From positions 62,001 to 126,000 of the forward strand of contig NIVC01001330.1 of assembly GCA_002269645.1 (NCBI GenBank): 64,000 bases of DNA, given 5' to 3'. Positions 37,100-54,261 of the stretch are shown here, piece after piece. A program made the translations under genes and the position numbers. This DNA comes from Macrostomum lignano (Eukaryota). The notes under the pieces are model-generated. The model saw only the letters and a program-made list of their open reading frames with translations. It had not been told where the DNA came from and searched no databases. How positions within the stretch are numbered: position 1 is the first letter of the stretch; the number at the start of each line of letters is the position of its first letter.

Positions 37100-37680
37100 C
37101 AGAGTGTGACAGACGAGTCGCAATTCTTGTTCAATTTCGACTTGGCCAATCTGCCCCTGAGTGCCTGCAGATGCTTTAAAAAGCATTGGGTGATGAAGCC
37201 CCATCCCAGACGATGGTGTACAAGCGGTTTGGTCGTTCCCGTTCTGGCCGCCTAGAGCTGGACGATGATGAACGCGAAGGCCGTCCGAATTCGAATATTA
37301 CGAACGCATCAGTGGCCAGCGTCCGAAGACGGCTCGATGAAGATCGACGAGTGACGGATCGCAAAATCGAGCAACATGTGATCGGGATTCCCGATTCAAG
37401 CGTCATTTTACTCTTGCATGATCATCTAGGCATAAGGAAAGTGTCTGCGCGCTGGGTGCCCCATCATTTGAACCCGACCCAGATGCAAGCTCGTGTTGAG
37501 TTCGCTAACTTCATGCTTAACAATTTCGATGCAGGGGCTTCAAAATTGGTGGACAATATCCTGACAGGAGATGAAACTTGGGTTCACTTTTTTGGCTTAG
37601 AGACGAAATCCCAGAGCAAGCAGTGGATTGCCTTCGAGAAGGATGCCCCCATCAAATTCCCCAAGAAGTGTCGGCAAGGT
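37100..37680 (+). mobile_element. Truncated mariner (Tc1/mariner) transposase pseudogene
   Basis: N-terminal HTH region; in-frame TAA at 37177-37179; DDDEREGRP, RKVSARWVPHHL (37453) and ILTGDETWV (37564). The sequence diverges before the second and third catalytic Asp. Confidence 0.9.
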
Positions 37681-38502
37681 CTTTACAGCATTCTTCTTCT
37701 GGCGGTGTGGCACATGTGGCACACATTTACTTTTCTTTTTAGCCTAGTCAACATAGGACTAAGATTTAGTAGTCTTTAAGACAAAAAAATTCAACAAATT
37801 GTCAAATAAATTCAATTTGACAACAAAATAAAGCGCAGCTGATACACAGTTACGAGTATGAGCACATAATTCTTAGCTGCAATGCAAACAAGTGAGCCTT
37901 CAAATACTTTGTAATATTTGAGTGTTGCGTCCAAGTATCTTCTAGTGGTCCTTGTGCTGCCACTATTGTAAGCTGGAGAAAATAGCTAACGCATTTGAAA
38001 GAATTTCGTCTCGTCCCTTCTTGGGCATCACAGCATCATGCCAAGGTGAAGCGCGCGACCATCTCTTTTTTTCTTCTCTCTCCACTCCATCTCTCTCCAC
38101 TCCAGCCAAAAATAAACTGTACACCTATTCCAAGCTCAAACAGAATGAGTGCACTTACTTTGGCGCTCTCATTGTGTTATTAAATACACTAAGAAGCCGG
38201 GATATTCCACACAGGATGCCGGGAATTTACGAGTTCGGAAATCCAAGATATCCGGCCTGAACAAAACCGGGAGACTAACGCTTTCTGCATGTGAGAAAGG
38301 CAGATATTTTGCTTTCGTCTCTTGTGCATATCCGTGAATTATTTCTGAATCATAGAATATATATACAGGTGAATTCACAGCAGTGTTTGTGCAATAAGCA
38401 GTGGCTACCGCACTGCTCAAGAAGTATTTTATCTGGAAAATACAAATACTCAAAGCGTAAAACCGCCGCGTCTGAATTCATTCCGGAAAATTGCTGCCCA
38501 AC

Positions 38503-39742
38503 ATGAGCAATTATAACAAGCTCGCCATCGGACTGGTTGTTCTCGCCCTGAGCCTGATTGCAGCCGCTGACTGGGCAGGTGAGAGCTAATAAGAAGGTTT
38601 TCCAAGAGTATTATCTTTTCTGAACCAGGTACCGCACAGATAGCTTTGTGCAACCCTCTGATACCGCTTTGAACCGATTTCAGACCAGCCAGCTTCAGAC
38701 AAGCCAGCTTCAGACAAGCCAGCTTATCTGAAAAACTACCATCCAGTTTTCGGCCGGGACTGCATCGAGTCCAAGTACGTCTTCAGGTTCGTTTTCATAA
38801 AATCGCGCAAGAGATGCGCAGCAGTCTGCAATTTATTCAAGACCTGCCAAGCCTTCACAACGATGGGTGGACACTGCAGACTGTTTTTGTTTGACAAGTG
38901 CAGCAAGAACGTGCGCAAGTGCAGCTGCAATCGCGTCGCCAAGCTGTACGTGAGGCGACAGCCGGGCTTGCGACCGGGCACCTTGTGTCCGGCCGACTTT
39001 CATCACGACAGGTGCGTGCGTTTTTGTTTCGCTTAGCGCCCTGGTAGGTCTTTTGGGTTTCCTGTGTGCCAGCCACCGAGGAGGAAGTGTTCCAGCTTTG
39101 CTAACCCATTTAGTGAACCCTTGGGTACGCAGGGAATGACACAGTCACATGAGGTGCACGGCCGCCCTCAATGCTCTGTCACTCTGTGCTTTCGGGTTGG
39201 TCTTCATGAATTTATGTTCCACGGATAGCCCCAGGCTAATACAAATGCATCGAGAATGCCCTTGTTACGAGAATCAAAGGCGATAACGCTTCTCTACCTT
39301 CGCCAGGTGTGGCGTGAAGTACAAGTTCGTTCGGACGCGCTCGCATCGCTGGGACTCGGCCTTGGCCAGCTGCAACGCGGAGCGGGGACTCACCATCATG
39401 GCCGAGCCGATCGACAGGGCCAAGTATTTTTACTTGGCAGGGCTGCATGACAGATGGTTCAGACGGCGACGGGGTCAACATTTCAGTTTTTTCCTCGGAG
39501 GCAGTCAAGATCCCGGGAGCAGGGAACCAGCAGGCGGCTGGTTTTGGCACACCTGCCGGATCCCCATTGATCCCAATCTGTGGCAGAAAGGACAGCCTGA
39601 TAACGCTGGGAAATCTGAGAATTATGCCTGCAGATGGAACACCATTCCATTGATGAACGACTGTCCGATATCTCTGAGGAACAAACATGACTACATAGAT
39701 GGCGCGTTTTGTGAATGCCTGTCACCATTTGACATAGAGTAG
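38503..39742 (+). CDS. Secreted PAN/apple + C-type lectin protein, copy 2 (QPD motif), 3 exons, 258 aa
   Basis: Exons 38503-38578, 38747-39011, 39307-39742; GT-AG, phases 1 and 2. Signal peptide; CQAFTT..C.LF.FD.CSK.VR.CSC shared with copy 1; WQKGQPDN; ends FCECLSPFDIE*. Confidence 0.85.
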
Positions 39743-41164
39743 TGATTCTCACCTGGAAGGAGCTGCACCTACTCATGTTTATTAAACTGAACTTTCCAAT
39801 ACTAAATTGTGATTTTTTGAATTAGCTCGTGAAGTAGTTTTTTGTCCGAACCTTTTTGACTAAAATATTTATTTAAGACACTCTCAGAGTTTCACATTCC
39901 AGACGCCAGCGATTGGAGCTGCTCCGGTTTTGCACACCTCAAATCTAATTAACATGCAAAGTGTGCTGGATGAAAATGTTTAGTTTGTTAATAAATCTGC
40001 TGTATTTTTTGTTTTCACTACTGAAGAAGTAAATATCTACCCTGAATCAAATCCTTTGGATGCCCACGCAGAGTAACTTCTAATGACTATTTTATAACTT
40101 TTGTGAAGGTGAACACCAACAGTGACTCATTAGGCTATTGAAAACTGAAAATCTGCATAACTTTGTTCATTTTTTCTAAAATACTCATCAACTTGGACTT
40201 GTTGAGTTGTGCAGCCGCAACTACATGGCTTTACATGGGTAATGGTGTAGCAGAGTAGGTTGGTTAGTCTCAATGCTGAATGCATTGTGGCTTATACTTG
40301 TATTGTCACGAAAATATATTTTATCAAATTTGCTCCGGGACATCCTGACCGGCTCAATCTTGGGCAAATCTGTTAGCCAACCAGACAACTGAAGTAGATG
40401 GACGCAGGTGCGCTCGATTTTCTGAGAAATGAGCTGGAAGCCGTCAAGGCACGGATGCCTGCCTCCGTACATTCGTCCGCATGTACGCAACGCTCTGCAA
40501 AGTACCATTTGCTGCAAAAGACTGGCTTTGTAGCTCTTAGATGAGACGATGACAATTTATTACAGAGATCAATCAGCTCAAGTTCGATCGGCTGAGCCGG
40601 CAGGAGAGCGTGCGGCGCCGTCTGCAAGAAGACAGAAAGCGGCGAGTTCGGTGGCGATCTGTTGAGCCGGGAGCTGCACGATGTGCCCAAATTACAGGCT
40701 GAGCTGACTTTATTAATGCGCCTCTGCTTGACTGCACGTTGCACAATCAAATTAGAGCATCGTAGACGCTTTTTACTTTGATTGACTGCCGGTGATTTTT
40801 TCGACGGCCGAAAGGTAGTTCAAGTCTTCAGTAAAGCAAAGAATTTATCTGAGTTAAAACAAAGTCAGTTATTTACCTGACATCCATCACTATCTCACCT
40901 GTAGATTCTATATTTTACTAAAGCACTTTAATACTCGTAACCCTTAGAGAATTTATATCGAATTTAAAACCTGTATGCATTATAACGGTTGTGAATTATT
41001 GGATGAGAGACGTCACATTTTGGAGCGCTTTTAGTCTCAGTGGGATCTGCAAATAAACGCTTGGATTGCTGCAGAACTGCTTAGGGATAAGTGGCTATTT
41101 TCTCAAGGAATATGCAGACTGCTGATAGACAAGTGTGCTGCACTGCTAGGGAACCGGTGCTCAT

Positions 41165-42470
41165 TTTCTGATTGTCTCACTCTCCCACTCATATTTTATA
41201 ACTGTATTGTTTTCTCACTCATATTTTGTGACTGTCTGACTTTCTCACTCATGTTTTGTGATTGTCTCACTCTCCCACACATATTTTATAATTGCCTTGT
41301 TTTCTCACTCATGTTTTGTGACTGTTTCACTCTCCCACTCATATTTTATAATTGTATTGTTTTCTCACTCATGTTTTGTGACTGTTTCACTCTCCCACTC
41401 ATATTTTATAATTGTCTTGTTTTCTCACTCATGTTTTGTGATTGTCTCACTCTCCCACACATATTTTATAATTGCCTTGTTTTCTCACTCATGTTTTGTG
41501 ACTGTTTCACTCTCCCACTCATATTTTATAATTGTATTGTTTTCTCACTCGTGTTTTGTGATTGTCTCACTTTCTCACTCATATTTTGTGATTGTCTCAC
41601 TTTCTCGCTCATATTTTGTGATTGTCTCACTTTCTCGCTCATATTTTGTGATTGTCTCACTTTCTCACTCATATTTTGTGATTGTCTCACTTTCTCGCTC
41701 ATATTTTGTGATTGTCTCACTTTCTCACTCATGTTTTGTGATTGTCTCACTTTCTCACTCATATTTTGTGACTGTCTCACTTTCTCGCTCATGTTTTGTG
41801 ATTGTCTCACTTGCTCACTCATCTTTCGTGATTGTGTCGCTTGCTCACTCATATTTTGTGTCACTTGCTCACTTATATTTCGTGATTCTGTCACTTGCTC
41901 ACTCATCTTTCGTGATTGTGTCACTTGCTCACTCATATTTCGTGATTGTGTCGCTTGCTCACTCATATTTCGTGATTGTGTCACTTGCTCACTCATATTT
42001 CGTTATTGTGTCACTTGCTCACTCATATTTCGTGATTGTGTCACTTGCTCACTCATATTTCGTGATTGTATCACTTGCTCACTCATATTTTGTGATTGTC
42101 TCACTTGCTCACTCATATTTTGTGATTGTGTCACTTTCTTACTCATATTTCGTGATTGTGTCACTTGCTCACTCATATTTCGTGATTGTATCACTTGCTC
42201 ACTCATATTTCGTGATTGTGTCACTTTCTCACTCGTATTTCGTGATTGTGTCACTTTCTCACTCATATTTCGTGATTGTGTCGCTTGCTCACTCATATTT
42301 CGTGATTGTGTCACTTGCTCACTCATATTTCGTGATTGTGTCACTTGCTCACTCATATTTCGTGATTGTGTCACTTGCTCACTCATATTTCGTGATTGTG
42401 TCACTTGCTCACTCATATTTTGTGATTGTGTCACTTTCTCACTCATATTTCGTGATTGTGTCGCTTGCTC
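41165..42470. repeat. 30-bp minisatellite with 60/180-bp higher-order zone
   Basis: ATATTTTGTGATTGTCTCACTTTCTCACTC family, about 43 copies. Confidence 0.95.
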
Positions 42471-43429
42471 ACAAATTTTAATTAGTTTTCGCTTCATTGT
42501 TGCAGCATTGCTATGGTTCCTAAGCTTTACGTGATAAGCAATAGACTTCGGTATTTCGTGCTGATAATAACTATTCTCGGGTAATAGTCTTTGATTAATT
42601 AATTTAATGAAATATTTGACTCGCAAAGATTGGGAGACTTCCTGCACTCTCAAAAGTGGCGACCACAGACGGAATCTTGTGTGATGGCGGCTTTTCAATG
42701 TTGCTGAGTGTACTTAGTTAACTTTGTGATCTCTAGGCCCTTGGAAATAATCCATTAGCTGAAGATAAAAAGCATTCTTTCATTGTAACTTTTAATTAAG
42801 TGGTTCAAGGATTTCAGGTTCTTTGCGAGCTGTTTCTTGAGCTGCTTGTCATGCGCCAAAATCTATGAATGTGTCTTTGATAGTTGGCACATTTTACCTT
42901 TAAAACTCGGTTGTTTTCAACCCGACCTTTTCATTCGAAGCTCAGTTTTTCATTTGATTATTCAGAGCTGTTACTATCCATTCAAAAAACAAGTTTTATC
43001 AACTCTTGACTGATTTAAATTCACCGCCAATTAGATTGCGTCAGCACTGACTGATGCCTCGCTACGTTCAATAAAAGCCAGCCCCAGCCCAACTATAACA
43101 AGTGATTCAATTTGGCATCTTTTTATCACAAAATAAGCATAATACCGGTCTTGGAGCCGTTCAAATCAGACTTGTTGCGGCTGGCCCTGGGCCTGGGGTG
43201 GCTGTTTCCCATGGGTAGCACCACGTGCCTGTGCTCAGGCCGCTCTCCGATTGGTCTGTCCTTCCAAGCCGGGGTGGAATCGCGGGGTGCAAGCGGCATC
43301 AACCCCCCCCCTCCGCTGGGCCAAGCCGGGGTTGCTGCAAGCTGCAATGATTCTAAACTGGCTGAGCATAGGCAACACGCTCACACTGCACCTCGGTACC
43401 TGGGGTTGGCGCGGAGGGCTGGTCGCGTC

Positions 43430-43437
43430 TATTTAAG
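43430..43437 (+). promoter_or_regulatory. TATA-like box of Ly6 gene
   Basis: TATTTAAG about 59 nt upstream of the ATG at 43489. Confidence 0.4.
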
Positions 43438-43488
43438 CCAACACTCAAAGCAGCCCCCAGTCTCAGCGAGACATCACCTACCTTCAGC

Positions 43489-43818
43489 ATGCAGTCTCAC
43501 CAAGTGCTCCGCCTGGCAACACTCGGCCTCCTGGCCTCCGTCTGCCTTCTGCCCGCTCCGGCCGACGCCGTCAAGTGCTACGAATGCGCAGACTGCAGCT
43601 CCGTCTCCAGCAGCACCCAGACTGTCAGCGGCAGCTACTGCGTCAAGGTTAAAGCGGCTGGCGTCATCGGCCGCACGGCTGCCCCTGCCTGCGTGGCCAC
43701 CAGCAAAAGCTGGTGCTGCGACACCGACCTGTGCAACTCTTCGCCGAGGCAGTTCGGTCCCAGCGGCCTCCTGCTGACCGCGGCTCTGGCCCTGCTGGCC
43801 GCTGTGTGCAAGCAGTGA
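43489..43818 (+). CDS. Ly6/uPAR (three-finger fold) small secreted, probably GPI-anchored protein
   Basis: 109 aa, single exon: signal peptide, VKCYECADC start, CCDTDLCN end motif, then a hydrophobic C-terminal tail (GPI signal-like). Confidence 0.9.
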   Translation: MQSHQVLRLATLGLLASVCLLPAPADAVKCYECADCSSVSSSTQTVSGSYCVKVKAAGVIGRTAAPACVATSKSWCCDTDLCNSSPRQFGPSGLLLTAALALLAAVCKQ

Positions 43819-45179
43819 AGGCCGCTGTGTGCAAGCAGTGACGGCCGCTGCCACCCCGCACTGCTGTGGCAGAGTCGCCTGCGGGAGAAGACCGAGCTGG
43901 ATTGTTGGAGCCTGGAACTTTCCTGAATATACATTACTTAGATATATGCATATGCATACTCTCATGAAATATATAGCTTGTTTAAATATGCTGACATATT
44001 GATTGTTTCAATAACAGTTTCGTTCGTACAATAACAAATTCAGTTATTACCAAATGACCTGTTGACTCTTTACTCTTGGCATACTGCTTTAATGTATTTA
44101 TTGTAAATTATTTTACACGAGCATATAATGTGCATGCACATGTTTCATTTAATGGAATTTTTTACCTTTTTTTGGGTACGTACGTGTAATCTTATTCGAA
44201 CGCGTATGCATGTACTCGTATGGACAGCATTTGTGGATCAACGGGTTAGCGAACCGTTTGGCACTTCTCACATGATGTACATGCTAAACTAAACAATGGT
44301 AATCTTCACTGCCCCAGGTCGAATGCAATCATTTTGTGATAAAAGAACGATATTTCCAGGAGTCTCTCCTAAAAAATTACACGATCGTTTATTGTCCTGT
44401 TATGACATACTGTGGTCATTGGTCCGACACTTGACGTTGAATACTGGTGCTCACGGATGTCGAGACTTTCTTCAATGCCCAATCCCTGTCGGGCGATAAA
44501 TCATTACAAATAACAAGTGACCACGTGTCAAATACGTGCCTGTGATACGCGTGACGCGAATGCAATGATTCTTGTATAGCTACGAGAGGGAACACACTTC
44601 ACTGATGTGTTCCATTAATGAGCACAGCTATTTTACGCCATACATCACATTTTTCGACTCGAAAACTTCTACAGACTGTGGTCGTGGAAAGAAATTGTCT
44701 CCTGTTGCATAGTTTAAAACCCAGTCTATGGCCGACATTGTACCATGACATACTTTCCCCCTTTAATCCGTTTATTAACATAGACTACGTTTAGCTTGCA
44801 TGAATCAACAGTTTCACAACAGTTTCACATGTATGTTAGAGAGCGCATTATTAAACCAGCATATAATTGATTAGAAAAATTTCGATGTAACCATAAAACA
44901 TAGAACAAATGACAGTACTGAGTTACGTAAACCACTTCAAACCACTTCTACTTACGTGTATATAAAACACTTGATGCCTTCTAATTATCCAACACAACAG
45001 TTGACTCCAGCTAGCTCTCAGTCGACTCAAATGACGCGGTTGCAGACGCGACCTGAAACGCACTATAGAAGCAGGTAGTTCAACAGTGGTGGAAGCAGGT
45101 GCCACCTTCAGGTCCAGCGCCACTCGCTTTGGCAGGACTACGGCATCCAGTCTCTTTTGGGTTGATGCAAGCCAGGTGT

Positions 45180-45965
45180 CGTTGCAATCGAAAGCGTGCG
45201 CTTTTTTCCATTGAGATAGGCTTGGCGTAACCAACGACACTTTGCTTTCTTGTCACCGGAGACGCCCTGAATCCGCTCGGGATTGAATCCTCGTTCCGAC
45301 AAGGTCATGATCACGGTCGATCGAATGGGTACTGGACGATTGAGAAAGGTGGGCAGCTTTAGATAGCTTGTATTACGAGTAATTTCATTAGTTAAGCCAG
45401 GCTGCTCTTGTCTAGAACTTCCTTCGGTCACTAACACTCCTCATCGTTTCATTTGGATTCTCCTCTGACGGCTTTGACAAGTAAAGATTCATTTCTTCAA
45501 CAGGACATTCGGCCTTTTCAGTCACCGGAAATATGCCTATTTGCTGCCTCTTACTCGTACTTTTACTCTTTGCCGAGACCTTATCCTTTTTTTCCCTTTA
45601 CGAGGTCGATGCATTCCACTTCTTCATCGCGGCAACTCACGACAACATCCTTTTTGTTGAAAGGTGTAATCCACTCACGTCCCTGAATTCAAAATGGTAA
45701 ACGATCAGGAAGAACACCGCGTGTTGCAACTTATTTGGGTCAGCCTGGTCAAAGTACGCAGAGAGCTTGCCTAAGTCACCGTCGTCAGTTGCCCTGACAG
45801 TCTTATTCAACTCAAAGAATTCTGGCCTATCGATTAGTGACAGCCCCGCCAGGCAAGCAAGAAGCGATGAAGGGCAGTCCGCATACCCCCTAGCGTGATG
45901 CAGCTGTACGCAAAACCGCCAGCCTTTCGTGCAGTTAAAAACCAGAGCCTTAAATACTGGCACTT
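45180..45965 (-). mobile_element. Degenerate Crypton-type tyrosine-recombinase transposon
   Basis: Frameshifted fragments PSSLLACLAGLSLIDRPEFFELNK, DLGKLSAYFDQADPNKLQHAVFFLIVYHFEFR, ECPVEEMNLYLSK and IRSTVIMTLSERGFNPERIQGVSG occur collinearly and resemble Crypton/DUF3504 YR motifs (recalled, not searched). Confidence 0.7.
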
Positions 45966-46971
45966 AAAAACCTCGTTGGCATAGACTCTAGGCTAAGGTG
46001 GTAGACTGGAAGGTGGGAAGAGTGGTAGACAGGAAGACCGGAAGACCCGGAATACTGAAAGATGCAACATCGGAGGACTGGAAGAACGCAGATCGGAAGA
46101 CTGGATGATCTGAAGACTGGAATAACAGCCCTAGCGACCAATGTCCGCAGCTTTGCGCATATTTTCCTCCGTTCTTGTTTATCTTGTTGGTTGGCGAACC
46201 AGTGACTCAAACCAATCGATTCTGCTAAATTTAGCAGCAGTTGGCACATAAATAGTAGTACATTGGTTGGGCACCCGATCCGACCCCAGTTTCTACACGT
46301 CTTTGAAAAGGCAAAACATTCCAAGCTCTCATTCCATGCGTGCCTATGATGTCAACCCCAAAGAGTCTCAACAAATTTCCCGCTCTTCTACTAAAGTCCT
46401 CTTTGAAATCCCTGTTTGACAAGAGCGCTCGAGCACAGAACGCGAATTCTTTGACAGGGAGACCAGACGGCTCTGAAGGCATCTTTGCGATAGCGAGCCA
46501 GCAGGGCAACAAAGATGATGGATGCAGTTATGGAGAATGCTGGTCTGCGCCAATGTCGGGGCCGATTTCGCGAAGTAAAATCAAGCAGGTAAGGACCCAC
46601 AATGTCTACTGCACTATAGATTGATTAGTAAAATTTTGGCATCGCCAAGTATATTATAATTGATTAAACAAGTAAAAGAAAACATTTTACAAAGATTGAA
46701 GAATCGCGATTGAAACTCTAACAGTGGGAACTACTATTATTTGGTTTAACTAAAAAGTTTAGCTTGAGTGAATCTTGCAGTGGATTGTACGCTAATATGA
46801 GTGCATGATAATAAATTTAATTGCTCATAAATCACTGCTCACTGGCCCGTCTAGGCGCTTCGTTAACATCTGAATATGAATATGAATGTGAGCTTAAATT
46901 TTTTATTGAAACAATCGAGAGTGCCTTGCAGAGCTGTTTATGTTAATGCTTAAATCTACAACATTGGAACA

Positions 46972-47785
46972 CAGCTGACACTCACACAGCTGACACCCAC
47001 ACAGCTGACACTCACACAGCTGACACCCACACAACTGACACTCACACAGCTGACACCCACACAGCTGACACTCACACAACTGACAGCCACACAGCTGATA
47101 CCCACACAGCTGCTACCCACACACCTGACACCCACACAGCTGACACCCGCACAACTGACACAGCTGACACCCACACAGCTGACACTCACACAGCTGACAC
47201 CCACACAACTGACACTCACACAGCTGACACCCGCACAGCTGACACCCGCACAGCTGACACAGCTGACACCCACACAGCTGACACCCGCACAGCTGACACA
47301 GCTGACACCCACACAGCTGACATTCACACAGCTGACAACCACACAGCTGACACTCACACAGCTGATACCCACACAGCTGATACCCACACAGCTGACACCC
47401 ACACAGCTGACACCCGCACAGCTGACACAGCTGACACCCACACAGCTGACACCCGCACAGCTGACACAGCTGACACCCACACAGCTGACATTCACACAGC
47501 TGACAACCACACAGCTGACACTCACACAGCTGATACCCACACAGCTGATACCCACACAGCTGACACCCACACAGCTGACACCCGCACAGCTAACACAGCT
47601 GACACCCACACAGCTAACACCCACACAGCTGACACCCACACAGCTGACACCCACACAGCTGACACCCGCACAGCTGACATCCAGACAGCTGACATCCACA
47701 CAGCTGACACCTGAAATGCTGACATCCACACAGCTGACACTCACACAGCTGACACCCACACAGCTGACACCCGAACAGCTGACAT
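46972..47785. repeat. ~15-bp CACACAGCTGACACC repeat (dense CAGCTG array)
   Basis: Degenerate tandem copies, most containing CAGCTG. Confidence 0.9.
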
Positions 47786-47950
47786 CGGGTGTCACTGATT
47801 TATCAAATGTGCAGGTGAAGTTTAACATATTTTATAAGTGACATTTCCACATAATGGTTAATTGCGTCCTCCTAAGCACTGTGGATGCTCTGCAGTGGTA
47901 TGCAGGTGGGCCAAGGCCTGTGAATACACTCAGCTAATTTATTTGGATTC

Positions 47951-52365
<4,415 letters not shown>

Positions 52366-53810
52366 TTAAGTTGTATGTGCACCGATTTGCTTACCTGGCA
52401 GATTTTGCTTTTTGGTCTGGCAGGAAAACATCTTTCTGAAATTTCGATTGAGTAGGTTCTATTGAGGCTCTTAACTAAAGTTTATCATTTTTTCATCCTA
52501 AATAACACTTCGTTTTGGTACTTACTGCAATTTCAATGCAATTTTTCAAAAACGTCGTCGAAAACATTTTTCACTGGCTCCCAAGTATTGTTAGATCTAA
52601 AAGTCGTGTGTTGTTTTTTTAGCTACGTAGTAATCCAAAGGCTTGGTTTTACTAGAGAATTAGAACGCGAGGAAGTCGATCTTTTAAATTGAATCTTTTC
52701 ATTTTATGCTTACCTTAGGTATCCAGTCCACTTGATGTAACATCTGTTACTGTTGCACCTCTCCGGGACTCTGTGTTATTGGGATATCTCCTGCGAGACA
52801 TTCGTGTCTTCTCGTGTATTGACTATTGACAGTTCAGTTCAATGTTTCAGTCTATCCGAGAAATTAGGTGGTCCATGTAAGCCTGTTTTAGCTAGACCAA
52901 AGGTTTTCACTTTTATAGCTCTGCCCCTCTCTGACTCGTTTAGTCGACGGACTGTCTGTCCCTTGGACTGCTCCTATTGGCTGGCATTCCCAGTAAGGGT
53001 GGTCCGATTTTTACCACCTCTCCGAAATCAGTCCTTAACCAATGCAGCTCTAGTCTGTGTGACTGTGTTGTGCGCTTCGAGTTTCGTTTACATGGACCTC
53101 AACAGACGATTTGATGTGCGTGCAACTGTGTTTAGTGGGACCCAAGCTAAACTAAAATAAAAAATATCAGACCTTCGCTTTGAGCTTGGTTTGGTGCTTC
53201 CCCACCCCTAAACAGGGATCTGAGAGCAGAACCTTCTCCTCAAAGCCGAAACTCTCCACCAGGCTTATTTCTTATTGTGGTTCGACACTTTGATAAATAT
53301 CAAATATCAAAAGGAATCTAAAAGAAGGAAAGTCGAGAGGCCTATAGGATACAATATCCATTTAAACTACTATCAGCAGCTAACGTGATAAAGGAACCGT
53401 CATTCGAATATTTTTCGGGCACAAAACCGTGGGAAGGCTTTGAAGAAAGCTCAACAAAGCCGTGTGTGCCTAATTTAAGATCACGGAAATTAAATATATT
53501 ACTTTTTTGGCGTAAAAGATGTTGTAAAAAGGTAAATTGCCAACAGACTGAAACAGACTGAAACAGACTGCAACAGACAAATTCAGAAATTTTCATTGAC
53601 AATTTTTTTTTAGCTGGACCTTTCAGACCCGGTTTAGGTGGACATCGCAAAAAGTCCATGTAAACTGAAATGCATTTTTTTCTGAACATGAATGCCGATG
53701 AATGTTGCGCTTTGCGGCACTCATTCCTGACATCCATTGCTCTGTTTTGTGGTCCTTATAAACCACTCAACGTTGTCTGGAGCAAAGTTATTCGGTGGTC
53801 CACCTACGCT

Positions 53811-53887
53811 GTCCACCTAAACCGAAAGGTCCAGCTAATGCGGCAACTGAACCGACGAAAGGTCCAAGTAAACACACAGACAGTAAC

Positions 53888-53960
<73 letters not shown>

Positions 53961-53962
53961 GG

Positions 53963-53998
<36 letters not shown>

Positions 53999-54001
53999 CA
54001 A

Positions 54002-54096
<95 letters not shown>

Positions 54097-54105
54097 TAGA
54101 CACTA

Positions 54106-54178
<73 letters not shown>

Positions 54179-54197
54179 CTAAGACACTAAGACACTA

Positions 54198-54242
<45 letters not shown>

Positions 54243-54257
54243 CTAAGACACTAAGAC
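53811..54257. repeat. Partial copy of the same element: conserved left flank plus long (GACA)n
   Basis: 53811-53890 is nearly identical to 49602-49685, followed by about 370 bp of GACA repeats. Confidence 0.85.
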
Positions 54258-54261
54258 ATCT

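Noticed and set aside
36775-37745. Mariner terminal inverted repeats
   Set aside because: Only a weak TTACTTTT match between the candidate ends; not convincing.
40398-40790. Decayed hAT-like transposase C-terminus (..QAELTLLMRLCLTARC..)
   Set aside because: Similarity too short and broken to support without a profile search.
52715-52760. Chromodomain-like YIKWTGY on the minus strand
   Set aside because: Seven-residue match bounded by stops; chance level.
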